Part shown: in pieces, positions 1-32,200 of the stretch | Layout: every line of letters starts with the position of its first letter | How positions within the stretch are numbered: position 1 is the first letter of the stretch | The notes under the pieces: generated by a model | Seen by the model: the letters and a program-made list of their open reading frames with translations, nothing else | Told to the model about the DNA's origin: nothing | The model's database searches: none | Assembly (NCBI RefSeq): GCF_018350175.1 | Contig: NC_058368.1 | Coordinates: 117,368,001-117,432,000, forward strand | From: Felis catus | Taxonomy: Eukaryota | Direction: 5' to 3' | Length of the DNA stretch: 64,000 nucleotides | Made by a program: the position numbers and the translations under genes

Positions 1-191
1 ACTGTTGTGACTTCATCTCCTCTGCTACACCAGCTCTTCCCTGTCTCAGTCCCTCTGCATGGGCCTTTCTCACTGCATAGGAGTGACTCTCCCTATTCTT
101 CCTATGGCCCATTTGCCACCTACCCCCACTTTGTGTATCAAGGCCCAAAGCCACTTGAAAACCTGGGGGCAGGGAAGGAAGGCAAATCTCA

Positions 192-10140
<9,949 letters not shown>

Positions 10141-11080
10141 AGGAGCCTAGAACCTGGCTCAGTCACCTTTCTCCCATACCCTTCACCCCACACCTCTTTC
10201 TGCCTTCCTGGGCAAGAGACCCAGGCCAAACCCTTACCATGCCTTCAGGGAGGCTTAATGATGCTTTCTTGAGTCTGCAAGTGGGATGACACTATCCTGA
10301 AAGCAAGGCTAGAAAAGGCAGGATGGGTGGGAAGGGCTCACTGTTGGTAGTCTTGGGCTCCCACTTACCTTTCCCATCTTTACTGCCCTGACCCCTGAAA
10401 TGCTAACATGCAGCATGATGGCAAACAAAAGGATAGATCTTGAGCAATAAGCCACAGAAGCCACCAGGTAATGTCCACGCAAAGCTGACTCATTTCCTGC
10501 TTCCTTGCCAACCTCTCATGCTTCAGCTGAGGACGATGACATGAATGAGGACACAGTAGAGAGGATTGTTCGCTGCATCATCCAAAATGAAGGTGGGTGT
10601 AGTCTGGCCCTTTGCTCTCCCTGCCCCGCAACCCACCCCCCCACCCAGTCCCCACTCAATTTTCTCTTGCCCTGACCTCCACCTCCACTGACTCCCTCTT
10701 TTCCTTCTCCTCTCAGCCAATGCTGAGGCCTTGAAGGAGATGCTGGGGGACAGTGAAGGAGAAGGGACAGTGCAGCTGTCCAGGTGAGCTGGAAACAAGG
10801 GCCAGCATGACTTAGCTTGCCTTGGAGAGTACCCTCGCCTCCAGCACAATCCTTTCCCAGTGTCTTCGCATGTTTGGGGTGGGGGGAACGCAAAGGTGGC
10901 TAACCTATAGGAAGAAAGAAGTTTTGTAGGAATCTGAGTTCCTTCAAATTATACTTCCATCTGGATGTCATCAAGCCTAACCTTTATCCCTTGTGCCACT
11001 CTTTTGGGTTAAACATTGCCCGCTTTCAGCAAACAACCCTGGGAGGGAGAACACATGATCATTAACGTCTTAATATTGCG

Positions 11081-11086
11081 TTTATT
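11081..11086 (-). terminator. Candidate distal FCHSD1 polyadenylation signal inside RELL2 intron 3
   Basis: Minus strand reads TATTGTATTTATCT-AATAAA-...-ATGTGTTC, giving an upstream UGUA, the hexamer and a downstream GU-rich element in an AT-rich patch. Confidence 0.55.
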
Positions 11087-12817
11087 AGATAAATACAATA
11101 GTGTTGGGGCCTGGGGAAGGTGAGGCATCTGATGTTTTAAGAAGCGAAAAGGACAGGAGCAAATGGAAGAGGAAAGGAAATGGTAATGTCACTCCTGCTC
11201 CCCTCTTCCCTATTGTCCAGCGTGGATGCTACCTCCAGCCTGCAGGACGGAACCCCCTCCCATCATCACACAGTGCATCTGGGGTCTGCTGCCCCTTGCA
11301 TCCACTGTAGCCGCAACAAGAGGCCCCCACTTGTCCGTCAGGGACGCTCCAAGGAAGGAAAGAGCCGCCCCCGGCCTGGGGAGACCACTGTGTTCTCTGT
11401 GGGCAGGTGGGGATAGAAAGCCCCAGGGAAAGGGAGTTTGAGGTGGGAGCCCCAATGATCAGGCACCTCATTCCAAAGGTGGTCCCCAGCTCTGTTCTCC
11501 TAGACTGTGAACTACAGCAGGAGTCAGGCTACACAGTATGCCCCACCATCTGGGGGAGGTCTCCCCTGCCCTAGGCCAGAAGGAAGTGGCCATGAAACCC
11601 AGGATGTCCCTGGCTAAAGGGAAGCTGAGCAGCCTCTGAGTTATGGTCCTAAGCCCCAGTGTTCTCTCCCTTCCCAGGTTCCGGGTGACACACATAGAGA
11701 AGCGCTATGGACTACATGAGCATCGTGATGGCTCTCCCACAGACAGGAGCTGGGGGTCTGGTGGAGGGCAGGACATAGGGGGTAGTCAGGGGTCTGGGGG
11801 AGGGAATCCCAGGGCAGGGACACCTGCCATTGAGAGCCTGCCCCCTGAGAGGCCACAGCCCCTGGCCCTCGCCAGTCCCTTGGTGCAGAATGGAGGACTC
11901 AGGGACAGTAGCTTAGTCCCTTGTACACTTGAGGGCAATCCTAGAGCCTCTGCAGAGTCAATGCTAGGGGCTGGAGGGAAGGGCCCAAGCCCAGGACTGG
12001 CCAGTCGAGAGGCAATTGGACAGCCAAGCAAACTGGACACCACAGATCACCAGGTATGAAGACATGGGCAGGGCTATGGTGGGCTCAGCTCTTATTGCCT
12101 CCTACCCTGGATTGAAGGGGAGGTGGCCCTGATATGACCCACATCCCGTTCTCCCATTATTGACCACTTCTCTCTCACAGGTGTCTGCACCACGAGGAGC
12201 AGGGGGTGTGTGAGGTGAGTCTGCCTGGGCCCCAAGTCAGATAATCTCATCCTCCCACTCTCTACTTAAACTACCTAAGCCCATTGGCTCTCTGCACTCC
12301 CAGGCTTGGCCTTTGCTACACATTCTTTGGTTTAGTGGTGGGGAGCGGGCATGTGCCCCAGGAGGTAGGGAAGGTCCTGTAGCCCCTGGGTAAAAGCTGA
12401 GACACAGCTTGAATAGGAAGCAACACTGTTACCCTTCCTCTCCTCCAAGCCTCCTTCTTCAATGTACTGATGGACTACCGGCTGGCAGGGCTGGGGGTGG
12501 GTGGGCATGAAGGCCCTCCTTTCCACTGGACAGCACTGCCCTCAGCTGAGGAACCAGCTCTACTTCCATCTGGAGTTGCATGGTCTCAGTCTGGGGGACC
12601 TCGGGAGAAGTCTCCCCACCCCTATCCCTCAGTCTCTTTCACTTCCCCTGCCTGCCAACAGGCCGCCTGACCCCTTCCCCATCACCTCGCTCCATTTGCT
12701 AGAGCGTGGCAGCTGGGAGCAGGCCTCTGCCCTTGGTGGGCCCCTAAAGCAATAGCACCATAGGCCCCCTGCCCTCTTGGCACAAGAGGCCCAGGCCCTG
12801 GCTTGGGCTTAGTGCCC

Positions 12818-12823
12818 TTTATT
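12818..12823 (-). terminator. Candidate proximal FCHSD1 polyadenylation signal
   Basis: TTTATT on plus (AATAAA on minus), about 470 nt after the FCHSD1 stop. Confidence 0.55.
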
Positions 12824-12830
12824 CACTGTC

Positions 12831-12836
12831 AATAAA
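12831..12836 (+). terminator. RELL2 polyadenylation signal
   Basis: AATAAA about 620 nt after the stop, followed by a U/GU-rich element (CTGTTTTG). Confidence 0.75.
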
Positions 12837-13294
12837 TCCGCTCAGACCATTACAGCTGTTTTGCATACTGGCTCCAGCTCCTTTTGACAGGCTTGCCCCT
12901 GTTCCAGCCCCCAAACCCAGTGGCCATGGCATCTGGAGTGGGGTGGGTCACAGAGCCAGGGTGGAGACACAGATGGGCTGGAGCCACTCAAGACTTTGGA
13001 GAATTGGTTCCAGCCCCACAGATTTCTAGATATTTAACCCACTTAGAGATGGGGTGGTGGCAGAAGAAAAAAGGGGAAGTTCCAGCCCTAGAAATAACAG
13101 GAGGACAATCGGGAGGGGAGTGAGTTCCAACCTCCAAAAAGGGGGAGAAGAAAAGTTTCTATTCCTGGAGGTGAGAGTAGAGATGGGGGAGACTCCAGCT
13201 TTTGGCTTGGTCACTTCAGATCATTGAGGGGGTGGTCTCTGACATCATGGAAATAGGGACAGCAGCATCACTGGGGAACAGCAGTCCCCTGGCT

Positions 13295-22960
<9,666 letters not shown>

Positions 22961-23299
22961 GTGATGTGTGGCAAGGAGGAACTCAGTTTGTGACCAGGGA
23001 AACTGAGTCACTGGATGCCTGAGCAAAGATGATTTTGACAAGGGAAACAGGACTGTTCTCAGACCTTTCCCAAATTCCCAGAGAACTGGAAAAGCCAGCG
23101 TGAGTGGTGAGAAAATTGCCTGGAGCCGGGAAGAAACCAGTCCCAGAGGAAAACAGGTGTGTCTGGGGCCAATGGAAGCTAAATGGTACTTTTGAGTGGA
23201 TATAAGCGGGGAGATGGATGTGGGGCCTTGCGTCCCAGAAGGCCCCTCTCACCGTTAGGGCCTACTTTTCAGGTTCTGCGCTGCAGTCCTGTGGCCCCA

Positions 23300-24730
23300 A
23301 ATTCACATTTCCAACAGACCACTGACACCAGCACTTGTATATCTAATAGATACCTCAAATCTTTAAAACTGCTCCTTCTCCCTGACCCTTCCCAAGTTAT
23401 CTTCCCCAGATAAAATACCAAAGGGCACCTCTTTCCATCCAGTTAGGAAAGTCTGAAACCCAGAGTCAGTCTGCCCTTTTCTCATACCCCCACATTCCAT
23501 CCGTTAGCAAGTTCTATAGGTTCTATTTCTAAAAGATCTCTTATTGATCACCTTCGTTCAATTCCCAAAACCACCAGCCTAGTCCAAGCCCCATAATCAG
23601 TTTTCTGTCTAATACCTGGTCTTTCACTCTCTCCCCACCCCCAACTCCCTCCATAACCCATTGTTCACAAAATAGCCAGTGATTTATCTTTTTTAAAAAA
23701 AGAAAATGAGATCCTATCACTCTCTTCGTTAAAACTTCTCAGTTGCTTTAGAATAAAATCCAAACACCCTAGCATGGCCTGCAAGGCTGTGCATTATTGG
23801 GCCCCTGCCAATCTTTCCCCTTTCGGCCCATACACTTCTCTGGCTCCCCACTCACTGTGCTTCAGCAACTCCAGCCTCCTTGCTGTTTCCCCAGCAGGCC
23901 AAGTCTTCCCATTGCAAAGCCTTCATGCCTGCTGGTTTCCCTCTCCTTCTGGAGTGCTCCTTCTTCCAGTACTCCACATGTCTGGCTTCTTTATTTTTTA
24001 TTTATTAAAAACATTTTTTTTAAGTTTTTTTTATTTATTTTGAGAGAGAGAGAACAGGGGAGGGGCAGAGAAAGAGGGAGAGAAAATATCCCAGACTCTG
24101 TGCAGTCAGAGCAGAGCCCTATGTGGGGCTTGAACTCACCAACTGTGAGATTGTGACCTGAGCCAAAATCAAGAGTTGGACACTTAACCAACTGAGCCAC
24201 CCAGCATCTCTTTATTTTTTAAGTTTTTTAATTAAGCAATCTCTACACCCAACATGGGGCTCACACTCATGACCCTGAGATCAAGAGTTGCATGCTTTTT
24301 TGACTGAGCCAGCCAGGTGCCACCAAATCAAGTCCCATTAGTTTTTGTTTGTTTGTTTGTTTGTTTTGTTCTTTAAGTACACTCTATGCCCAGCATGGGT
24401 TTGAACTCACAACCCTGAGATTAATCTGAAGTACTCTACTGACTGAGCCAGTCAGGCACCCCTATCTGGCTTCTTTAAGTTTCAGCTCATCACAGAGGCC
24501 TTCCCCATCCTCCCAGCCTAAGGGCCATCTCCACAAACACATCACTTTAGGTTTAATTTCTTCACATCACTGAATTAGTTTGTGTATTTAATGTTTTCTA
24601 TTCCTCTACACTGGAAGCTCCATAAAAGCAGGACCCATCTGTTCTGTTCACACTGAATACCTAACACCCAGTTAGGTGCTCAGTACATATTTGTTGAATG
24701 AATGAATGAATGAATGAATGAATGAATGAA
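23300..24730 (+). mobile_element. L2 remnant (interrupted by SINEs) ending in (GAAT)n
   Basis: Typical L2 3' end text (GGTGCTCAGTACATATTTGTTGAATGAATGAAT). Confidence 0.7.
23994..24464 (-). mobile_element. Stack of three antisense Can-SINEs within an L2 remnant
   Basis: Three SINE heads (near 24205, 24322, 24462), each preceded by a T-rich tail. One TSD TCTGGCTTCTTTA at 23981-23993 and 24465-24477. Confidence 0.85.
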
Positions 24731-24755
24731 GCATCAGTAGCCTTTGGTTCCAAGG

Positions 24756-24761
24756 TTTATT
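24756..24761 (-). terminator. ARAP3 polyadenylation signal
   Basis: AATAAA on minus about 530 nt after the stop, followed by (TTCA)n. Confidence 0.75.
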
Positions 24762-25293
24762 AACAATGACACATCTTTTTTGGCTCCTCTTTACCCCAAC
24801 TCTCAACCCCAATCAATCTCCCGACTCTAGGTCTTCAATGTAATTCCCAAATGTAGGAGGTGGGGTAGGATAGACTTGGAAATCATTCAGCTCTCTGGCT
24901 TCCAAATCCTTTTTTTTAATTTAATGCAGTAAAACCATTCTTTTCAAACCCAAAATGTCTCACAGGACACCTACATATCAAATATATAAGGAGTTGTCCT
25001 TGATGAGGAAAAATACGTGGGGCTTACTGCTCTAAGAAACAGTTTGATGTTCACTGTTCTCCTTATTTCAGTGACATCATGGTACATATAATGAGTGGAG
25101 GTTCAGTGAGGGCCACATTCTGACCCTCTCTGGGCAGGAGAGTCCAGAGCCCTGAGTCCTGTGGTCTTTCCACAGCACCACACTGGATTTTAGAGTCTTT
25201 CCATCCAGAGCAGAGGAGGCTCCCAGCAGTGTCTGCCATGGTGAGAACTTGGGTCTTCTGGTTACCTACCCCTTCAGACTTCTGGTCTTAGGG

Positions 25294-26182
25294 TCATGTG
25301 AGGGGCTGGCTGGAGGGTGAACTAGAAGAGGAAGGTTGGGTGGGGAAGCCAGGTGTCTGTGTCACAAGGCCATTGGGGCTCGGGGACTGAGGGCTGGAGG
25401 GCTGGGAGGGGCTGCCTAGGCCTATGGTGGTTTCTCCCTTCCTCAGGATGAGGCTGTTAAGCTCTTGGAGCAGCTGTTCCTCCAGGGACCCACGTGCCTG
25501 GGAGCTGCTCTTTGAAGGGGGGCCTGGAGGGAGCTCTGGTGGCCTTTCCTCTGGGCCTGGGGCACCTGCCTTGGGGAAAAAGGGTTGATCAAAGGACCTC
25601 TGGCTGGTGAGGGGCGTCTCAGGGTTGGCTGTCTGATCTCTCATGGTGGAGAAGGAGGTAGAGGTGTCCTTGGTCAGTTCAGGGAAGGCTCCCACTTCCT
25701 CATACACTGGCTCCTCATAGACAGGCTCCTCCAGTTCCTCTTGCTCCTCCACAGACCCCTGGGTTGACTTCATTGGCTGGATGGGAATGAGGTGGCATGA
25801 AGCAGGCACGGAGTTAGAGTTACTACATTATTAATCACTAACATTTATTGAGTTCTTCTTCTGGGCCAGATGCTCCAAAATACTTTGCATGTATGATACC
25901 AAAATAACTCTGTACAATGGGTTACACTGCAGGTGAGTGAACTGAGGCACAGAGGGATTAAGTAAGTTGCCCAAGATCACACAGTGAGTAAATGGAAGAA
26001 CTAGGGCTTCAGCCCAGGTCTAACTCTAAAATGCATTCACTTAACCACTTTCCTTCTCTTTCTCAGATCTTATGACCACTTCCCTTTTCCTTGTCACATC
26101 CTACCGTCCTTTATTTTTCTGATTCCTTCTGGTCCCTCACTATACACTGTCCGTCTCCTTCTCTGTCTCTCTGTCTGTTTGC

Positions 26183-26218
<36 letters not shown>

Positions 26219-26219
26219 G

Positions 26220-26255
<36 letters not shown>

Positions 26256-29200
26256 ATGGCCTGCATCAGAACAAATAGAGAGGGTACACCGGTTCAGGCA
26301 GCACAGAGGAACACACAGCTGATGGGCACACAGCTGAGACAGGCACAGTACTCACAAAGAACATGGACAGGGTCCTCCGGTTGTGAAGTCGCCGCTGGGC
26401 ACAGGTGGGATGGGGGTGAGGAGAGGGAGAGACACAGAGACACAGTGAGGCCTGGCAACAGGAGGCAAGGGTGGGGAGTGGGGACACAAAGAAGGCAGAG
26501 GGGGGGCACTAGGATGACAGGCACACCACTCCCCTCCTGCAGTGTGGCAAGGACACAGGCAGGGATCAGGAGGGCACTGGAGCAGGCTGGGGGACCTCAC
26601 CAAGGTCTGATTTGCAGAGAGGAGGGTGGCCCCACTGTCATCCCCTCTGATGGGCAGCAAAGGCATAGTGCCAAACTTCTGACGGGCGAGGTCAGAGGAG
26701 GAATGGCGTCGTAAGACCACTGGCTGCTGGTCATCGTGCTGGAGGGAAGTGAAGAATTGGCACAATGGGTATGGGTGGTACTGAAGACTAGAGCTGGGAC
26801 CTCCGACCTAGCCCTCAGCTTTCTCCTTCCCCTCACCTGGGCTTTGAGGATGCTGGTGGTCCAATCCCACATCTCATCCTCATCACTGCAGGACAGGTAG
26901 CTGGGGGTGATCAGAGGGAAATGAGCTGGAGAGGAGGGATTGTAGCTCTAAGGATGGAGGATAGGGAGGGGTTGGACAGGGTGCAGGGCTAGGCTAGAGA
27001 AGAGCCAGGCTGGGAGGTACTCACAGGTGCATCTTCTCCAGTATCAATGTGAAGCCCCACCTAGGAGGCAAAGGAGAACAGAGACGGGTGATTAGAAAGG
27101 CCAGAAAGGTGATGGCAGGAAGGCCCTAGAAATGTGGGCTGGGGAAGGACACTCACGGTGTTGGAGGCTTTAACTTCTTTCGGATGCCCAGGTAGACCTT
27201 GGAACCTTCCAAAGGCCACTCTCGTTCTGGTTTAGAGCTCTGAGAACAAGAGGGCAGTCAGTGAGGTCAAAAGGTGAGAGAAGGATCACAGTCATTTGGG
27301 TCAAGAAGTCATGGAAACACTGGGGTTATGCAGTCACAGGGTCACAGAGGTCAAAGGACCAGGGCAGCAATGAGATTGATAAGCACATGATTTGTGGAGT
27401 GAGAGGCTTGATGTAGTCACAGCTCCTCCCACAGGGCTGCCAGCCTCCCTCACCTTCTTTTCCTTGAGCAGCAGCAAGCACCGACCACGCAGCAGAAAGA
27501 ACCTCTCCTGGAAGCGGTTTCCCAGTAAGCGGGGTGGCTCCTCCCTACATCGCAACAGACCCACCCTTGGGCTCTCGCGGCGGATACCTGGGCACAAACG
27601 GGCAATGCTGGGTGGAAGGTCCTGGGGGAGAGGCCTGGGGATGGGGATGCTGGACTGAAGAGGGAGGTTCACCTGTGAATAGGCAGCCGGCCTGGGCCAG
27701 GGAGACTTTTCTCAAGAGCAAGGAGGCTGAGCAGGGCTCTGGGAGCTGGCACCATTGAAGGGCCTGCTCTAGGACCCTTTCCTTGGGGTGCAGGGGCCGC
27801 TCTAAGGAAGGGGTAAAGTGGGAGTGAAAATCAACCAGAATATCCGTCCACAGCCTGGAGCCCCCAACTCCTTTCCCACGAGTCACATTCATTTATCCAA
27901 TCCGCCACCCAGCCACAAGTATTTATTTTAGCACCGACTCTGTGCCAGGCACTGTGCTGGCCCTGGGGATACAGTGATGAGCACGAAACACAAAGCCCAC
28001 AGCACAGTGAGGGAGCAGACCTTAAGTCTGCCTTAAGTCAACCAAAGAATTGCAGACAATTAGTGCTTTGAAAGAAACAATAAGAAGCTGAGAGGAAGGC
28101 AGCCACTGGGACGGGGTAATGCCCAGGAAAGGCCATTCAAATTTTTAAATGTTTTTTAACATTTACTTATTTTTTTTCAGAGACACATAGAGACAGAGCG
28201 TGAGTGGGGTAGGGGCAGAGAGGGAGACACAGAATCTGAAGCAGGTTCCAGGCTCCAAGGTGTCAGCACAGAGCCCGACGAGGGGCTCGAACTCATGAAC
28301 CATGAGATCATGACTTGAGCTGACGTCAGACACTTAACTGGCAAGGCCTTTCAAAAAGGGGGCATTTGAGGATGAGACTGAGGCCAGAAGGGGTGGGAAG
28401 AACAAGCCATGCTAAGATCAGGGGAAGAAAATTGCAGGCATGACAAAATGCAGGAATAAAGGCCCTGAGTCAAGAAAGATGTGTTTGAAGAACAGCTAGC
28501 ATGGCTGAAGCCCAGAGAATGAGTTATGTGAGATGAAGTCCAAGAAATAAGCAAGGTCCAGACGCTCAGGGATTGTGGGCCATAATAAGGAATTTGAATT
28601 TTATTTTAAGTCCAGTGGAAAGCCATCGGAAGGTAATGGCATGACGTGATTTACGCTTGCAATGCGTGTTGACTGCTGGAAAATGGATCATCGGGAGGCA
28701 AGAAGGGAACACTAGCCAGCTATTCCCTTTCTGGGGCTTTACATTTTAGTGGTTAATGTTGGGAGAAGAAAGATAGCAGTGACCTCATCTTGGGTGGTGG
28801 TAATGGTGGAGATGGAGAGAAGTGACAGATTGTAATAGAATCAACAAGACTAGGTGGTTGGGTTAGGTGTGAAGTTGAAGGAAAGGGAAGACTCCCAGCC
28901 TTGATAACTGAGTTAGGGAAAACTGGGAAATAGCTGGGGCTTTTTGTTAGGTGAAGGGGTCTGGAAACTGAGTTGAGTCTTGCACATTTTAAATTAGAGA
29001 TGCTTATGAGACGTACAAGTGGAGGTGTGCAGTAGACAGTTGAATATGTGAGTCTGGAGCTCAGAGGAAAGATCTGGGCCAGAAATAAAAATTTGGGTGT
29101 CAGCTTTTTAATGGCACTTAAAGCCACTGGAATGGATGAGGCATCCAAGGAAGAATGTAGATAGAGAAAGGAAAAGGGTCCGGGTTGAATACTGGGTTCC

Positions 29201-32200
29201 TCCAACATTTGGAATCTAGGCAAAGGAGGAAGAAAAGCCTTCTTTGATGCAGAAGGGAAACCTAGGGTTTGTGGGGTCCACAAAAGCCAAGAGAGAAGAG
29301 AGTATTGAGAAAGAGGGAGTGGTCAACAGTGTAGAATGTCCCCTCACATGCACAAGGACAATGTCCACTATATTTGGTAAAAGAAGGCACTGGTGACTTT
29401 GATCTCCCCCCATCACATGTGCATCCACACACACATGGTCATGCTCACCAAGTTCCCCGTGCTCACGAATTTCAAACGTCACCCATAAGTCCATCCCAGC
29501 ATCTGTCCCCCGCATCTCCAATACCTGGTTAGTCAGCTCCTCAGCAGTCAGTGTCGGAGACACCTGGGGTCATGGCAAGAGCAGGGGACCCATGCTGGTC
29601 AGTTCACTGACCCTGCTTCCCCCAATCCTTCCATCTCCCCACCTGTCCCCTTAGGACTGACCTTCAGGGTAACACAGTTGTCTGGGAGCTGCTGTTCTAT
29701 ATAAACCTCCATGATGAGGTCTCCAGCCTGGGACAGCTGAGGGGACGGGTACAGTATTTAGGAGGACACAAGAGAATCCAAAATATCAAGGTCAGAGGAC
29801 TCCTTATGTTGCCTCATAAGCACTTCCCCTCACAAAAGTCTCCTCCTACCCCTCATCCCCAATGTGGCTCAGGCCCTTATAACGGAGGACCCCAGGAGTG
29901 GCAGAACCACATCTTCAGGCTGCATGGGTATTTCCCAAGGCAGTACAACATATGGAAAGACAAGTTTAGAGTCAGACTCTCTGGGTTACATCTCTGGCAC
30001 TCGCTACAGTATGACTTTGAATAAGTGACCCTCAAGGCCTTCTTTTTTATAACTATTTTTTTAATGTCTATTTATTTTGAGAGAGAGACAGAGCAGGGGA
30101 GGGGCAGAGAGAGAAAGAATCCCAAGCAGGCTCTGCGCCATCAGTGCAGAGCTCAACGCGGGCTGAAACTCACTAACAGCCAGCTCATGACCTGAGCTGA
30201 AACTGAGTCAGATGCTCAACCAACTGAGCCACCCAGGTGCCCCGCTCTGTTTCTTTATTTGAAAAAATAGGACTGTACACCTCATGGAGTTGTGTGATGT
30301 TAAAGTGAGATCATAGGGTTTAGAATATAAGTCCTCTGCTGTTTGTTATCCTATTTATTACTATTATTCTCAGCACTTGGTCTAACTTAGCTAACTCTTC
30401 CTTGGATCTTTTTTTTACATGCAGAACTGAAGTACTCGCCACCATTGTGTAATGAAGAATCCTCATGGTGGAATAAGTGGAGTAAATCCTAAACCAAACC
30501 CCTCTCCCCAAAGCACTCCCCTCCTTGGTTTCCCCCTTTCTCTGAAAGCTGACGGCCAATGTCCAGCAGCAGAAGGCCACCCTCCTGTCTTGATATCCCC
30601 TCCTGGCCCACTCAGGAGTCTAAGGTCAGGACAAGTTACCTGTACATCCTTCCAGGTGGTGATAAGACTGACTTCCAAGTCAATCTGAGCTACCTGGTCA
30701 GAGTCAATCTGTGGAAGAGTCAAAAAGAAGTGTGTATTGTGGAGGTGGGGGTAGTGCTAGGAAATGAGGGAAGAAGGGAGAGATGTACAAGACTAGAGGG
30801 TCTATATGAGAGCATTAGAGGCCAGAAGAGCTAAGAACTAATGGGGCATGGGCATTTGGAGTGACTTTATGGGATAGAGGGGCCCAGGGCTCTGGAAGGT
30901 GATTCCCGATGCAGAGGGCTTTCAGAGGTCTGGGCTGGGGTCCTGTTGGGGAGAGCAAGATCTAGAATCCAGGAAGAGGGACTATAGTCAGGGGTTGAGA
31001 GAGCTTACATTAAAGACAGAGATGTAGCCATCGATGAGTTCCTGCAGCACCCGCACCTCATGTTCCCCCCGCCCATCTGTCTGGAACACACTAGGTGCAA
31101 ACAGCAGGGCCAGGTTCCGCGTGCACATTTGGTTTATAGCAGCACACTTTTGTACCCTGCAGAAGGGCGTGACACAGGTCACAAGGGATGCATCTTGTGC
31201 TCACCTGTTGGTCAATGCATCCATTCATTCAGCAAATACTTATTGAGTTCCTACAGTATGCCAGGCCCTGGGCTAAGCATTTGGGATACAGCTGTAAGAC
31301 ACAATACTGGCCTCAAGGAGCTCCCAGTCTAGGGGAGAGACAGATAACGAATGGGTGATTATAAATATTGTAAGAGGCAGCACACTTTTATGTAAAGGGA
31401 CAGACAGTAAATATTTTAGGCTTGCAGGCCATACGTTCCCTGTTGCAATTCCTCAGTTCTACTGTTGTAGTATGAGAAGAGTTATAGACAATATAAAAGT
31501 GAATGGGTGTGGCTTTACACTTCATGGACAAAACTTCATCTAGAAATACAGGCAACAGGTTGGATTCGGCCCATGGGCCATAGTTGGCCCATCCCTGTGA
31601 TATAATCAGTACAATACAGCCAGTGTTCACCTTAGAATCGTTTAAAGTCCCGTCTCCCCAAGAGACTGGTCAAGATAGATCTGCAACTTACTCTTCTTTG
31701 TGTCTCCTACATCTAACCCTTTGTGTGTCATAGAATAATAAAGCAAAATAATATTGATTGCTTACCGTTTTTGAATTCTTACTACATACATGCCAGGTGC
31801 TATAGTTAGGATTTTGGAAGGATTATTTCCTTCAACTCTCATGACCTAGGAGGTGGATACTATTCGTTAACACCATCTTCCTTTTACAAACGAGGAAACT
31901 GAGGCTCAGAGAGTACAAATAACACCCAAGGTGACACACTAGAATGGTGGAAAACTAGAGTAAAGCTTAGGTCTGCCTGACCTCAAAGTCCACACTCTGA
32001 ACCTTTGTGCTCTGACGCTTTCACTTAGCAATTGTTGACAGGATGAATGAATGAATGAATGAATGAATGAATGTGGGGGGCAGGTAGAGCTGATAAAGGG
32101 TCAATGAGGAGCCTGCGGGGGTCCTGGCCATACTGACCGATAGAGATGCCCAATGAGGGTAGCCAGCGTGCGGCGGTTAACCTGTGGCAGGCAGCCAATC

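Noticed and set aside
26091..26714. 207-aa plus-strand ORF
   Set aside because: Built from the (CT)n(CA)n microsatellite and antisense to ARAP3 exons.
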